DNA from: Anthoceros angustus
Lineage: Eukaryota; Plantae; Anthocerotophyta
Assembly (NCBI GenBank): GCA_010909165.1
Contig: MU008194.1
Coordinates: forward strand, 124,001-188,000
Reading direction: 5' to 3'
Length of the DNA stretch: 64,000 nucleotides
Part shown: positions 46,646 to 58,899 of the stretch, one piece after another
How positions within the stretch are numbered: position 1 is the first letter of the stretch
Layout of the letters: each line of letters starts with the position of its first letter
The notes under the pieces: generated by a model
The model's input: only the letters and a program-made list of their open reading frames with translations
Database searches by the model: none
What the model was told of the DNA's origin: nothing
Made by a program: the position numbers and the translations under genes

Positions 46646-49600
46646 CAGCGTCGAGCCGTTATAGCGGTATTCACGCCCGCGGGCATGCGGCGGCGTAAGA
46701 GCAGTGGCGTAAATCGATAAGCTATCTCACCGACCTACGATTCTGACGAAGAGGCACCCTCCCGCCCAGGTATTTCCAACGGGCGGCCGACGAGGAGGTC
46801 ATTTCTGCGACCTCGAGACACCGCAGCTCTTGCGCTCCGCAACCCGGCCCTCGGCGCTATCTCTTTGAATGCTCGGGCATCTTCGCGGCGGCGCGCCCGC
46901 GTCGGCCGGGCGGCTGGCGGCGCGTCACGCCCAGCGTCGAGCCGTTATAGCGGTATTCACGCCCGCGCTATGCGGCGGCGTAAGGCGGCGCGGCGTAAGG
47001 TCGGTGCTTCTGCGAGACCTCGCGATTACGGGCGAGAAGAGGCACCCTCGCCCAGTTACTAGGCCGGCCGACGAGGAGGTCATTTCTCTGGGCGACTCGA
47101 GACAATTCTCGCAGTCTCTTGCGCTCCGCAACCCGGCCCTCTGGCGCTATCTCTTTGAACGCTCAGGCATCTTCGCGCGCGGCTCACCGTTGGGGTTGGA
47201 GCAGCGAACGCAGCGAAGAGGGCGCATCGTGCCAGCGGTCTCAGGCAATCAGCTACAGCGACGAAAGGAGAAGAAGGCGATGGGACCCAAAAAGGCTGCG
47301 GAGGTATGGGAGCCATGGAACCTGGTAGAGCGCAACATTGTAACTCGGCGCTATCCGGACTTTGGGCCATGGCTGGAGGAGGCGGGAGGATTAGTCGAAG
47401 AGTGGCACTTAGACGTGTTCCAGGCTGTCTGGACGTTTGACAGTGTCACCCTGGTCCGGGAGTTCGCCCGGAAGATGTTGGCAGCGGCCCAACAAGGAGG
47501 TGCGGTCCAAGAACCTCCGGGAGGATCCCAGGAGATGGACCTTGGAGGTCCTGAGGGCGGCTTACAACCGCCCAACGGAGGAGGTTGGGGGCGTAGTCCC
47601 AGAGCCCCTCAGGCGAAAGATAGAGGCAGCGGCGGCGGCGTCAAGCCTTAACGCAGGACAACCAACTGGTTGATATCGGACTGCTGGACGAAGGGTGAGG
47701 CGAGATCATTGTCCATCGAACTTGCTCACCAAGGTGGACCACCTTGGTGATAGTTCTTGGTGTTCTGCATGCGTTGCGGGGCAAGAGGCGGCTGGGAAGG
47801 ATCATCTTCGCGTGTTCACCAGAGGCCCGCAAGTGAGGAGCGAGAAGCCACCGCCGTCGGACTATCCCCATACCGATCCATGTATGGGGACATTACGAAC
47901 TCCTGAAGGATGGGGAGGTAGAGCGGCGCTCGGAAAGGGTTGGCGTCTAATCGGATGATCCGCGAGTGGACCCCTTTCTCTTCCCGAATCCTGCTGCCAC
48001 ACGGCAAGGGTCTGACGACCGCTGCACACAACGCTCTTTCCCCAAAGCTGGGTCCCTCCCGGTAGGGCCACCGACGCCTCGCCTCCTGTAAGTCGGAGGG
48101 GACTCCTCCTTGCTTCGAGTCCGGACCTCAAGGTCCGATCTCGACTCGAGTCCGAACCGGAGTCCGCCTTATTCCCCGAGTCCGGTCTCATCTCGGGGTT
48201 CGACCGGTCCGGCTTATTACCGGGTCCGGCCCCAAGCTCCGGACTTTATCTGCGGACCTCTATCGCTAGGTCCTCATTTGCTTCGGTGGACTTACCGAGA
48301 TCCGTTGTATTGGCGTCCTGCTCCTCCTGAGGCTCTTCTCCCCATTGCCGTCGTCTCCAAAGCAGGCCACCGGGGTCCCTCAGGCTGCCCCATGCCCTTC
48401 ATCCCCTTGAGCCTTGGGGTCCGTCCATGTGGCAGGCGAGGCTTCTAATGCCTTAAGGAGCTCGGCGTGGTAGTAGGCAAAATCCGAGTCAATTTCTTTG
48501 GATTGCCTCTTCCACGTGTGCGGAGCACCGATACTCCTTCGCTATGGTGCTCGGGAGGCGTCTTTGTCGCTTCTTGGACCATCCCCCCTGCTAGTTCGTT
48601 GGGCGGCCGGGCCGAATCTCGCGAGGCCACAAGGCCGCCTCGGTCACCTCCTGCAACCGCTGTTGCTCGCTCCGGCTCCGTCGTTTCGCTCCGGCCACAC
48701 GCCATAGCGCGGCGCTCCCTTCCGCCTTAAGCGGACCCGGCTTCTTTTCTGCGTCCAGTGCTCTCGCTCCCGTTGGCGTTAGCTCGCCATCTCCCTCTCG
48801 GTGGGGCAACTCTGCGGTTACGTGCCTCGCCCAGTCCTTCTCCATTTCGGCGTCCTGCTCCTGTTCCATCGCCTTACCTCCTCTTGTGAGGAGCCGCTCT
48901 ATCTCTCGTTCGTGATCCGTGATCACGCCTGATTACCATTCCTCTCAATGGTAACTTGGGCTGACTCGAGGTCTCTTTGCGGTCTTCCATCTCCCGCATT
49001 GCTTGCTCACCTCGGCCCGAGTCCAGATCCTCCATCTCCTTGTCGGGCTTCCTTCTCCTCGGCCGTGGCCCGCTCCGCCGCCTCCTGCTCCTTCTTGAGT
49101 TAGCGCGGCTATCCTGCCGTCTCCCTCCACCGGTTCCGATCACGCCCGATAGTGATCGCGGTTGGTTTTGGCGGCCCGCCTCCTGCTCCTTCTTGAGTTA
49201 GCGCGGCTATCCTGCCGTCTCCCTCCACCGGTTCCGATCACGCCCGATAGTGATCGCGGTTGGTTTTGGCGGCCCGCCTCCTCGCCGCCTCCGCCGCCTC
49301 CTTCTTGAGTTAGCGCGGCTATCCTGCCGTCTCCCTCCACCGGTTCCGATCACGCCCGATAGTGATCGCGGTTGGTTGGCGGCCCAATCGGATGATCCGC
49401 GAGGCGGGACCCCTTTCTCTTCCCGAATCTCGCGAGGCCACAAGGCCGCCTCGGCCAGTCACGAGCCTTCCTCCTCGCCTCTGGGCCGCCTCCTCGCCTC
49501 TGGCCTCCTCGCCTCTGCTCCCAGCGTAAGTCGGAGGGGACTCCTCCTTGCTTCCTGAGTCCGGACCTCAAGGTCCGATCTCGACTCCGGAGTCTGAACT

Positions 49601-52549
49601 TCGGGAGTCTGCCTTATTCCCTGAGTCCGGTCTCATCTCTGGGGTTCGGACCTCAGGGTCCGAACTTATTACCGGGGTCCGGTCCCCAAGCTCCGGACCC
49701 CTTATCTGCGGACCTCTTACTGCTAGGTCCTCATTTGGTTGCGGTGGACTTACCCTGAGATCCGTTGTATTGGCCGCGTCCTGCTCCTCCTGAGGCTCTT
49801 CTCCCCCATTGCCGTCGTCTCCAAAGCAGGCCACTAGGGTCCCGTCTTGTCCCCATGCCCTTCATCCCCTTGAGCCTTGGGGTCCGTCCATGTGGCGGGA
49901 GAGGCTTCTAATGCCTTAAGGAGCTCGGCGTGGTAGTAGGCAAAATCCGAGTCAATTTCTTTGGATTGCCTCTTCCACGTGTGCGGAGCACCGATACTCC
50001 TTCGCTATGGTGCTCGGGAGGCTTCTAATGCCTTATTCCCCGAGTCCGGTCCCAAGCTCCGGACCCGTTTGGCCCTAGGGTGTCGGGCCTCTACCTCAGG
50101 CGCCTTTGCCCGCCTCCTGCTCCTTGGCCCTAGGGTGTCGGGCCTCTACCTCAGCGCCTTTGCCCGCCTCCGCCGCCTCCTGAGGCTCTTCTCACCGCCT
50201 CGACCTAATCAGGCCCCTTAGGTCCCGATTGCCAAGGTCCCGATTGCCAAGGTCCGGAGCTTCACCCTCCTTGGCCCTCTTGCCACTCCGTGGCGACATC
50301 TTGGGGTGTTGGGGTAGGGCTTTCCCTATCTCCGTGGCGACATCTTGGGAGTGTTGGGGTAGGCCTTTCCCTATCTCCAGCTACCGAGGCAACGTTGCTG
50401 CTTCTGTAAAATCAGACAGCCTCTTTCACTGCTATTATGGAGCACGGTACACAATTTTGCCCATTGCAGTATGCCAGGCAACAAGTTCTTGTGCTCCACG
50501 CTATCTCGAAATCCGTCTATGATCCCTCCTTGGCCCTAGGGTGTCGGGCCTCTACCTCGCCTCTGGGCCGCCTCGGCCAGTCACGAGCCTTCCTCCTCGC
50601 CTCTGGGCCGCCTCCGCCGCCTCCTCGCCTCTGCTGCGCTACCCTCTCCGCCTCCTGCTCCTTGGCGGCCCGCCTCCGCCGCCATAGCGCGCTCCCTTCC
50701 GCCTTCCTTAATCGGACCCGGCTTCTTTTGCCCATTGCAGTATGCCAGGCAACAAGTTCTTGTGCTCCACGCTATCTCGAAATCCGTCTATGATCCCTCC
50801 TTGGCGGCCCGCCTCCTGCTCCTGGAGGACTTGGGCCTCCTCGCCGCCTTCCTCCTCGCCTCTGGTGGCTTCCTTCTCCATTTCGCAACGCCCGCCTCCG
50901 CCGCCTCCTGCTCCATCGCCTTACCTCCTCCGTCTCAATGTAGCCGGAGCCGCTCTATCTCTCGTTCGTGATCCGTGATCACGCCCTGCAGATTACCATT
51001 CCTCTCAATGGTAACTTGGAGCTGCAGCTCCAGGGTCTCTTTGCGGTCTTCCATCTCCTGCCGCTGTTGCTCCACCTCGCGCAACTGAGTCCGAAGATCC
51101 TCCATCTCCTTGTCGCGGGCTTCCTTCTCCTCGGCATGGCTGGCCCGCACCTGCTCCGCCGCCTCCTGCTCCTTCTTCAGGTTAGCCGCAGCTATCCCTG
51201 CCGTCTCCCTCCACCGGTTCCGATCACGCCGATAGTGATCGCGGTTGGTTTTGGCGGCCCGCCTCCTCGCCGCCTTCACTGGCCGCCCGGGCCTCCTCGC
51301 CTCTGGGCCGCCTCGGCCAGTCACGAGCCTTCTGCGCCCGGGCCTCCTCGCCTCTGCTGCGCTACCCTCTCCGCCTGCAAGGTCTTGACCTCCTGCTCCT
51401 GGAGGACTTGGGCCTCTGCAGTTGCTCACCCGGTGAAGGAATTTAGTCCGGTCTGTCGAATGGACGGACTTCCCTTCGGCCTCGGCGTTTCCCTCTTGAT
51501 GCGGCCGAGCTTACGCCTTCCTCCTCGCCTCTGGGCCGCCTCCAAGCCTCTGGAGGAGCACCATGCGCCTCTGGTGGCTTCTACTTCACAGGTCTTCTCG
51601 GCTGTCCCGAGACCCCAGGCATACCGTCCATGACGGTAGCAGACCCGCTCTTCCACGGCCGCCACTGGTGAGGCCCCCAAAAAGTCCGTAGTGGGAGCGG
51701 GCATCTCACGGTCCGCCAAGGACCTCCACACCGCAGTCCGGAGCAAGTCCGGACTGGGTTCTCCGGACCTAATCAGGCCCCTTAGGTCCTGATTGCCGAG
51801 GTCCGGAGCTTCACCCTCCTTGGCCCTCTTGGCCGCCAATTCCTTATTCGCCCTCTTCGTCCTGGGGCTCGGAGGGGGTGAGGGGGTTCGGGAGCTGACC
51901 CCCTTGCCTCTCCCGGTCGGCGACAGGACTGGCTCCGGGTGGGGTTGCTGCCAGTGACCTCCTGCTCCTTGGGCGGCGTCCCTTTCTGCTCTTCTCACCG
52001 CCTCTTCAGCCTCTTGCCACTCCGTGGCGGGGCAAAACCTGAGCACCGCGAGTCTTTGCGTTGGCGGGTGGCACCGTCTTCCGCCTCTTGATTGCCGGCG
52101 AGTTCGTCAGGCTCCTCTGCCGTTGTGGTGGTGGTGGTGGGGGCTGGAGTCGGGCCGTCTCTGCTTGCTCGGCGAGGCACCAAGAGGAGGGAAGCGGGGA
52201 TATCTTCCCACACTTCCCTAGGTGGTGAGGGGGTCCGTTCCAGACGTATGGAGTCCGGTATCCCTTCCCAGTCGTCCTCCTCCCGGACCCGTTTGGCCCT
52301 AGGGTGTCGGGCCTCTACCTCAGGCGCCTTTGCCCGCTCTGCTTCTGGTAGGGGGTGTTGGGGGTAGGCCTTTCCCTATCTCCGACGGCGACATCTTGGG
52401 GGTGTTGGGGGTAGGGCTTTCCCTATCTCCGGCGGCGACATCTTGGGAGTGTTGGGGGTTATAGGATAAATTAGTGCATGGGCACTCCCCATGGCCAGGT
52501 GCCCCGTCGTGGGTTGTCCTCGTTCTTTTTATTAAGTCTCCACATTTCT
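46645..52549. mobile_element. Unclassified retrotransposon-like element (possibly Gypsy-related), scrambled; plus-strand ORF near 46.9-47.65 kb, long broken minus-strand coiled-coil ORF, LTR-like end at 52.33-52.55 kb
   Basis: The terminus ...AAGTCTCCACA(TTTCT) is shared with 16.6 kb and has about 45-bp tandem repeats at 52350-52460. The minus ORF includes KEMEDLRTQLREVEQQRQEMEDRKETLELQLQ. No RT or integrase was recognised. Confidence 0.5.
49081..49380. repeat. Three tandem copies of a unit of about 97 bp
   Basis: CTTCTTGAGTTAGCGCGGCTATCCTGCCGTCTCCCTCCACCGGTTCCGATCACGCCCGATAGTGATCGCGGTTGG occurs three times. Confidence 0.92.
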
Positions 52550-53281
52550 TTCCCCCTGACAGTCTATCCATAGGTATGTATATCGTTCGACTTGTGTACT
52601 AGCACTGCATTAATATATATGCCAGATTGTAAGGGTTAACAAACCTCCATGAGGCTGAACGGGTCTGCTGCTCCTGGAGGACTTGGAACGGGCAACTTCG
52701 AAGTTGGAAGGACGGGATGCGTGTTCAAATTCAAAATGATGAGATCCCGCTGTTAACGTTGCAGGAATGAACTGGAATGGATGGGACTTGGGCCTTCTGG
52801 TAGACGTGGATTCCACGACCCAGCAGCTTGCGATGCGCTGTCACAGCATTTTGGTTGCTAGTCTTGCCTGTCTTGTAGTAGTTGTGGAATTCTAACGAAA
52901 GCTGTGCGTGCATAAACTCGCGAAGGCTGCATGAAGTGCAAAGCCTCGCACTAGTGCCCCTCCACCACCAACGTAATCTCCAGCTACCGAGGCAACGTTG
53001 CTGCTTCTGTAAAATCAGACAGCCTCTTTCACTGCTATTATGGAGCACGGTACACAATTTTGCCCATTGCAGTATGCCAGGCAACAAGTTCTTGTGCTCC
53101 ACGCTATCTCGAAATCCGTCTATGATCCCTCCTTGCCTGCAATTATATGGAAGAAAGGAGAGATGCTATGAACAGAGATGGGAGGACCAGCTGCCTCACC
53201 ACTGTGTGCACACTATGACAGTGTTCACTGTCAAGTGCAATGAATTGAATTGAACTACTCTAAAATTGAATCGAATTGGAT

Positions 53282-54375
53282 TCAGCGACGGCAGACGAGG
53301 CCAGAGCCGCCGGAGCATGTGGTCCGAGGAAGTCGACCACAGTGACCTCGCTGGAGATTTGTCCTCGGAAATTGGCGACCTTGCAGTCGGCGGACATGAT
53401 GTCCGAAGAGAGGAAGGAGGCCTCTTGGGTGAGCATGGGCATGCTCTGGCCGGCCTTCTTCTGCTGGTGCTGGAAGCCGGGCGCGTAGGTCTGGCCCAGG
53501 ACTCCAGACACGGACGGCGTGAGCGCCTTGAACTGGAAGTTGAGCTCCAGGTGGGCGAAGCAGTTGTCCGGGGTGATGCCGTAGCCGTGGCGGTTGCTGT
53601 CGGCTTCGGTGACGGGCACGACGAGCACGGAGAGGGAGAACTGGTCGTCCACCTCGATGACGACGCCGTTGCGGCTCTCGGACCTGGTGACGGTCAGGCC
53701 GGCGTGGGGCGCGCTCCAGGCGGCGTCCTTCACCTGCGGAGGAGGATCGGGAAGGCGTCCAGGGACATCTCCAGGTAGTCCACGGCGTTGTCGAAGGTGG
53801 CCACCTGCAGCCACGACATCGATGGATGCACGCATCGATCACTCCTGCTTCTCACGGATCCGGATACTATGCGGGTGAAGAAGTCCTGCAGCTGTGTGGG
53901 CTCACCTTGCTGGCGCCGATGTACAACTGGTGGTCGCCGAAGAGAATTCCGAGGACTGCACCCAGGTGAAGTCGCGCGACATGATCCGCCCGGCGGCCGA
54001 TGAAGTGGGCGTTCACGTGCAGGTGGGAGTCGGAGACGATGCAGAAGTCGGCGTCCTTGTGGCCGTGGAAGTAGAAAGGCTTGCCGTCGCTGCCCACGAA
54101 GACGGGGTCGTCCTTGATGCAGCCCGGGTAGTAGCCCTGGCTGCACGGCTTCGGCTTCCACCTTACGGCTGCAAGCAGATACAATCGGGATGAGAATCAA
54201 CCCCGGATTGCAGCACTCCAGAGCCTCATCAAATGATGGGCGGGCTGTAAACACCCGAGTTCCTGCTGCTGCGCCTCACAATACCCATCTCACAGAATTT
54301 CGAATTACCTGCCACATCGCTGGCCACGGACAGAGCCAACACCGCCACAATCACAGCTGCGAGCTGCACCGCCAT
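53282..54375 (-). CDS. Root-cap-domain protein, type B (left arm; apparent homopolymer frameshifts)
   Basis: MAVQLAAVIVAVLALSVASDVA|AVRWKPKPC...SDGKPFYFHGHKDADFC...ADSNRHGYGITPDNCFAH...QQKKAGQSMP...VCRR*. Confidence 0.78.
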
Positions 54376-54974
54376 GGTACCGAGCTCGCTTACAAGTCTC
54401 AATTGCTAGCCTGCTAAAGACAGCACTTGTGGGTGAGTCTGTCGGTGTGAGTGAGGTCGAGCAGGCCGCTCTTTATACTCCCAGGGCGTGCCAGGAAAAC
54501 CGACATCCAGAGCGAGCACGTGCCTCGCTTGCTATGCGGAGGACTGTGGCCCTGTACGGTAGGATCTTCTTGTGTGAATCAGGTAACTGTTTATGCCCGG
54601 ATGATTCCACACTAAAGATACCACGGCAGCCTCGTCCAGTCGAAGCCTGCCCATGCTCGCGAGCACAAGTTGACGTCCTCCTTGTGTTTAATTGGGAAAC
54701 TTCATGGCCGGGCCTGACAAGGGGGACACCAGGTTCCTCCGATTATTGCAATTGATGGGCTGGCTCTCTTGTCAATCATGAATGACAGCAGATTCAAGGC
54801 TGAGAATGCGGTGTCAGGCCTGTGGATGCGTGCGCCAACTGGACCAGACTGCCCGCCCCTGTTTAGGGACAGGTATTACAGCGGGCCATCCAGCTTCCAA
54901 GTGCATTATTACACGACCTGGCCCAGGCTGGACTGCGTTGCACCAATCTCCTGGCCCACCATCCCGCATTTTAA

Positions 54975-56365
54975 TTAGGCTACATTGGCCGGACTGCTAC
55001 TTGTTGCAATCGGCGTTTCAGAGATGATTTGTTTGATATTCTCTGGGAAGTCCTCGTTGGTGAAAATGCAGTCAGCATGAAAAACGTTGCAGCCATATGC
55101 ATGTAAACATGGCTGCGACTCAGCCATGCCAGGATGGCCCTCTTCTTCTGTGCAAGGGTTCGATGCAGATCGGACACTCAACATTCCCTTCATCTCTCGG
55201 CTGTCAACAACCCACAAACTTCAGACCATAGCCGATTTTGTGTGGGAGTGAAGAGCAGACATGAAGGTGTTGTTGATCCCTAAAAGAAGATCGCACCTGC
55301 TTCTGAATGGTCGACTGCCACTTGTCCAAGTAACAGATCCGTGTTCAACTCAGAGGATCAAGGAGGTTAGTACACAGGTGCACCTAGGATAATGTAAAGT
55401 TGCTGCGTTTTGTTGCCTTGTCTTCTGACTTGATAACAGACCTTGCTGGCTAACCATTTCATGGCCTGCTGGGATCCTTTTTGCTTGATGGATATCGCAA
55501 GAGTGGACATGCACTTTCTGATGAGGTATCCTCGAGGATACCTGATAGGCAGCTTATATCTTGTGGAAGAAGGCACCTGTGTCAAGTACTGAAGATTTGG
55601 TACCAATCTGGTAACAATCTGTGCAATCTGGTAAATGTGGTAACCAATGTTCATGCTGGAAGCTTCAGCGCTACTAGGTAGCAAGTGCTGGAGATGAACT
55701 TTGTACTTTGCACAGATCAATTGGTAACACATTTACCAGAAAGTACAAAGTTCGTCTCCAGCACTGGCCTACCTAGTAGCGCTGAAGTTTTCAGCATGGG
55801 CCTGCTCGGATCCTTTGGCCCAATGGATCGCAAGAGTGGACATGCACTTTCTGATGAGGTATCCTCGAGGATACCTGATAGGCAGCTTATATCTTGTGGA
55901 AGAAGGCCCCTGTTTCAAGCCTGTGGAAGAAGGCACCTGTCTCAAGCACTGAAGGATATGGTAATGTGGTTCCAATCTGTCAACGGACGAAGTTCCTCTC
56001 CAGCGCTGGCTTACCCAGTAGCGCTTAACCTTTCATTTAGCGATGTTGCGTTTTTCACAACCAGCTTCTTGTAATTTCCTGCCCGACAAACAGGGCAACA
56101 CCGGAGATGTGAATAATGTTCGATACTTCTCAGGCACAGCTGCCGGGTCAATTCAGCCTCTATCAAGCTCCCACATCACCGAAGGAGTAATTCAGAGCCA
56201 GCCAGGTAGTCCTCTGTCACTCACCCGATGGAAGACGTGGGAAGCAACAGAGGAGAATCTGGTCATCCGTTATGAAATATTCCCGGCAGATGGGGCATGA
56301 ATGCAGGAAATCGTTCTATCTATCTATGTCAAGGGCATCTGCAACGCTGCTCCGCCCTGATCCAT
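54975..56365 (-). pseudogene. RNF32: Degenerate RNF32, type B (left arm)
   Basis: Exons 2-3 and part of exon 4 are missing, with an early stop, a mutated acceptor and a duplicated IQ block. Confidence 0.85.
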
Positions 56366-56399
56366 CTGACAGACACGACGGGAAGAAGCCAGTCCCAGA

Positions 56400-56486
56400 A
56401 CTGCCAGTTATTTAGGTCTTCACGTTCTGCTGCTGCGTACCTTTAGCTGAAGAAGCGGGACAGTGTGACGTGGATGACACGGTCGG
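56400..56486 (+). pseudogene. Orphan copy of the MYB/RNF32 intergenic region and the MYB 5' end
   Basis: Homologous to the reverse complement of about 24900-25000 (TGACGTGGATGACACGGTCG), then diverges. Confidence 0.7.
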
Positions 56487-57266
56487 TCCACAGGATTGGT
56501 GGGGAATCGAGTTTGGTATTGCACGAGCTGGTGACTTGCCTCTCAGCAGCCACAAACAAAAACATTCACTACAAAACTGACAAGGGGGTGGGCAGTCACA
56601 GAACGGCTTTCCGTGAGCAGCACCAGGAGAACTTGTATAACCTTATTCAGGTGGATTGTGTGCCATCTTTTAGCTTGCGAGACGCTGTCACAGCATTTTC
56701 TGGGTTGGTGGTTTTCTCTTCCTTGTAGTTGTTCGCGTTGTGGGGACTGTCAGAGATGTTGCATCACAGGACATGGCCACATGTACAACCGGCAAGTAGG
56801 GGCTTGGTGTAGAGGACCGCTTTCACAAAATTGGAGGAGTTGGGTTCGAGGGGAAAAAGCTCGGTTTCTGTGGTTGAGGGCTTTATTCCAAAGAAGAAAC
56901 AAAAAAGGCCTCATGCTATCCACAACGGTATTCAGGGCACCATCAAGACATCTCGTATAACTCCGCGAGCGAAGGGTGGAAGAGGTCATGTGGAACATGA
57001 ACACTCGCCTGAATTCAGTGGTATCAGACAGAATTCGTTCACCCTTATTATGGCACACGGTACCCAACTTTATACCTTGCAGTAGGCAGCGCAACAATTT
57101 TCTATGCTGGAAGCTGCACTGCAATGCCATGTGTGAAGAGACTCCGAAGATGACAGAGATGGGAAGGCCTGCTGCCTCACCGATGTGTTCACTCCCACAG
57201 TGTTAACACCTCTGAACTGAATTTGCAACGAGCTGAACTACTCTATCGAATTGAATTGAAAAGAAT

Positions 57267-58358
57267 TTAGCGACGGCAGACGAGGCCAGAACCGCCGGAG
57301 CATGTTGTCTGAGGGAAATCGACGATGGTGACGTCGCTGGAGACGTGGCCTCGGAAATTGCCGACCTTGCAGTCGGTGGACATGAGGGCAGAAGAGAGGA
57401 AGGACGCCTCTTGGGTGAGAACGGGCATGCTCTGCCCGGCCTCCTTTTCCTGGTGCTTGAAGCCGGGAGCGTAGGTCTGGCCCAGGACTCCAGACACGGA
57501 CGGCGTGAGCGCCTTGAACTGGAAGTTGAGCTCCAGGTGGGCGAAGCAGTTGTCCGGGGTGATGCCGTAGCCGTGGCGGATGTTGTCGGATTCGGTGACG
57601 GGCACGACGAGCACGGAGAGGGAGAACTGATCCTCCACCTCGATGATGACGCCGTTGTGGCTCTGGGACCTGGTGACGGTCAGGCCGGCGTGGGGCGCCC
57701 TCCAAGCGGCGTCCTTCACCGCCGGCAGGAGGATCGGGCTGGCGTCCAGGGACATCACCAGGTAGTCCACGGCGTTGTCGAAGGTGGCCACCTGCATCCA
57801 CGCCATCGATCGACGCACGCATTGATCACTCCTTCTTCTGATTTCGTCCAGAACGGCTGCAACGGATGAAGAAGTCCTGCACATTGTCTAGACTCACCTT
57901 ACTGGCGCCGATGTACAACTGGTGGTCGCCGAAGAGAATTCCGAGGGACTGCACCCAGGTGAAGTCTCGGGACATGTGGTCCGCCCGGCGGCCGATGAAG
58001 TGGGCGTTCACGTGCAGGTTGGAGTCGGAGACGATGCAGAAGTCGGCGTCCTTGTGGCCGTGGAAGTAGAACTGCTGGCCGTCGCTGCCCACGAAGACGG
58101 GGTCGTCCTTGATGCAGCCCGGGTAGTAGCCCTGGCTGCACGGCTTCGGCTTCCACAGAGCGGCTGCAACCAAGTACGATCGGGATCAGAATCAATGCCA
58201 TTGCAACAGTCTACTGCTTCATCAAATGATGGGCTGTAAACAGCTGCATTCTTGCTGCGCGTCCTAAAACCCATCTCACAGAATCTCTCATTACCGTCCA
58301 CATTGCTGGCCACGCACAGAGCCAACACCGCCACAATAACAGCTGCCGGCACCGCCAT
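57267..58358 (-). CDS. Root-cap-domain protein, type C, intact, 284 aa; exons 58358-58295, 58163-57898, 57791-57267
   Basis: GT-AG introns give an uninterrupted frame: signal peptide, AALWKPKPCSQGYYPGCIKDDPVFVGSDG...WVQSLGILFGDH...DNCFAHLELNFQF...GVLGQTY...LVCRR*. Confidence 0.92.
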
Positions 58359-58899
58359 GGTAGTCCAAGTCGAGCTTGCTTGAAAATCTTCAAGCTATTC
58401 CGCTAAAAGACTGTGTTTGCCGAGAGGCCGAGTCGCCGCTCTTTATACTCATCAGCGGCGCACGCCAGGACAAACTGATATGCCGAGCGCGCACGTGGCT
58501 CGCTTGCCTTGCGGAAGACTGGGCCCTGGAGGATCATGTAGTACTGTTCCCGGCCGGAGTTGAATCCACCTTTGTTTGCCAAACATGGCCTCGTTACAGC
58601 ACGATACCAAGGCAGCCTGGTCCAGTAGAAGCCTGCCCATGCTCGCAACCACTTGATCTCTTCGTTCCCTTCCTGAAACGTCACGGCCTGGCCTGACAGG
58701 GTGACGGCAGGTCTCTGGCTCTCACAAAAATTTGAAGGCTGGGAATGAAGTGTCAGGCCTCTGGATGCGTGCGCCAACTTGGAGGAGTCCGCCCGTCCAT
58801 GTTTAGAGATACGTAGCACAGCGGCCAGGCAGCCAGGCTGGACTACGTTTCAGATCCTTTTCTGACCCACCATCTGCGTTTAGGCGACTGGACTCCCTA

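Noticed and set aside
46078-46720. Ala/Arg-rich ORFs of 110-200 aa
   Set aside because: They come from a GC-only low-complexity tract that aligns poorly even to its own second copy, so it is probably base-calling noise.
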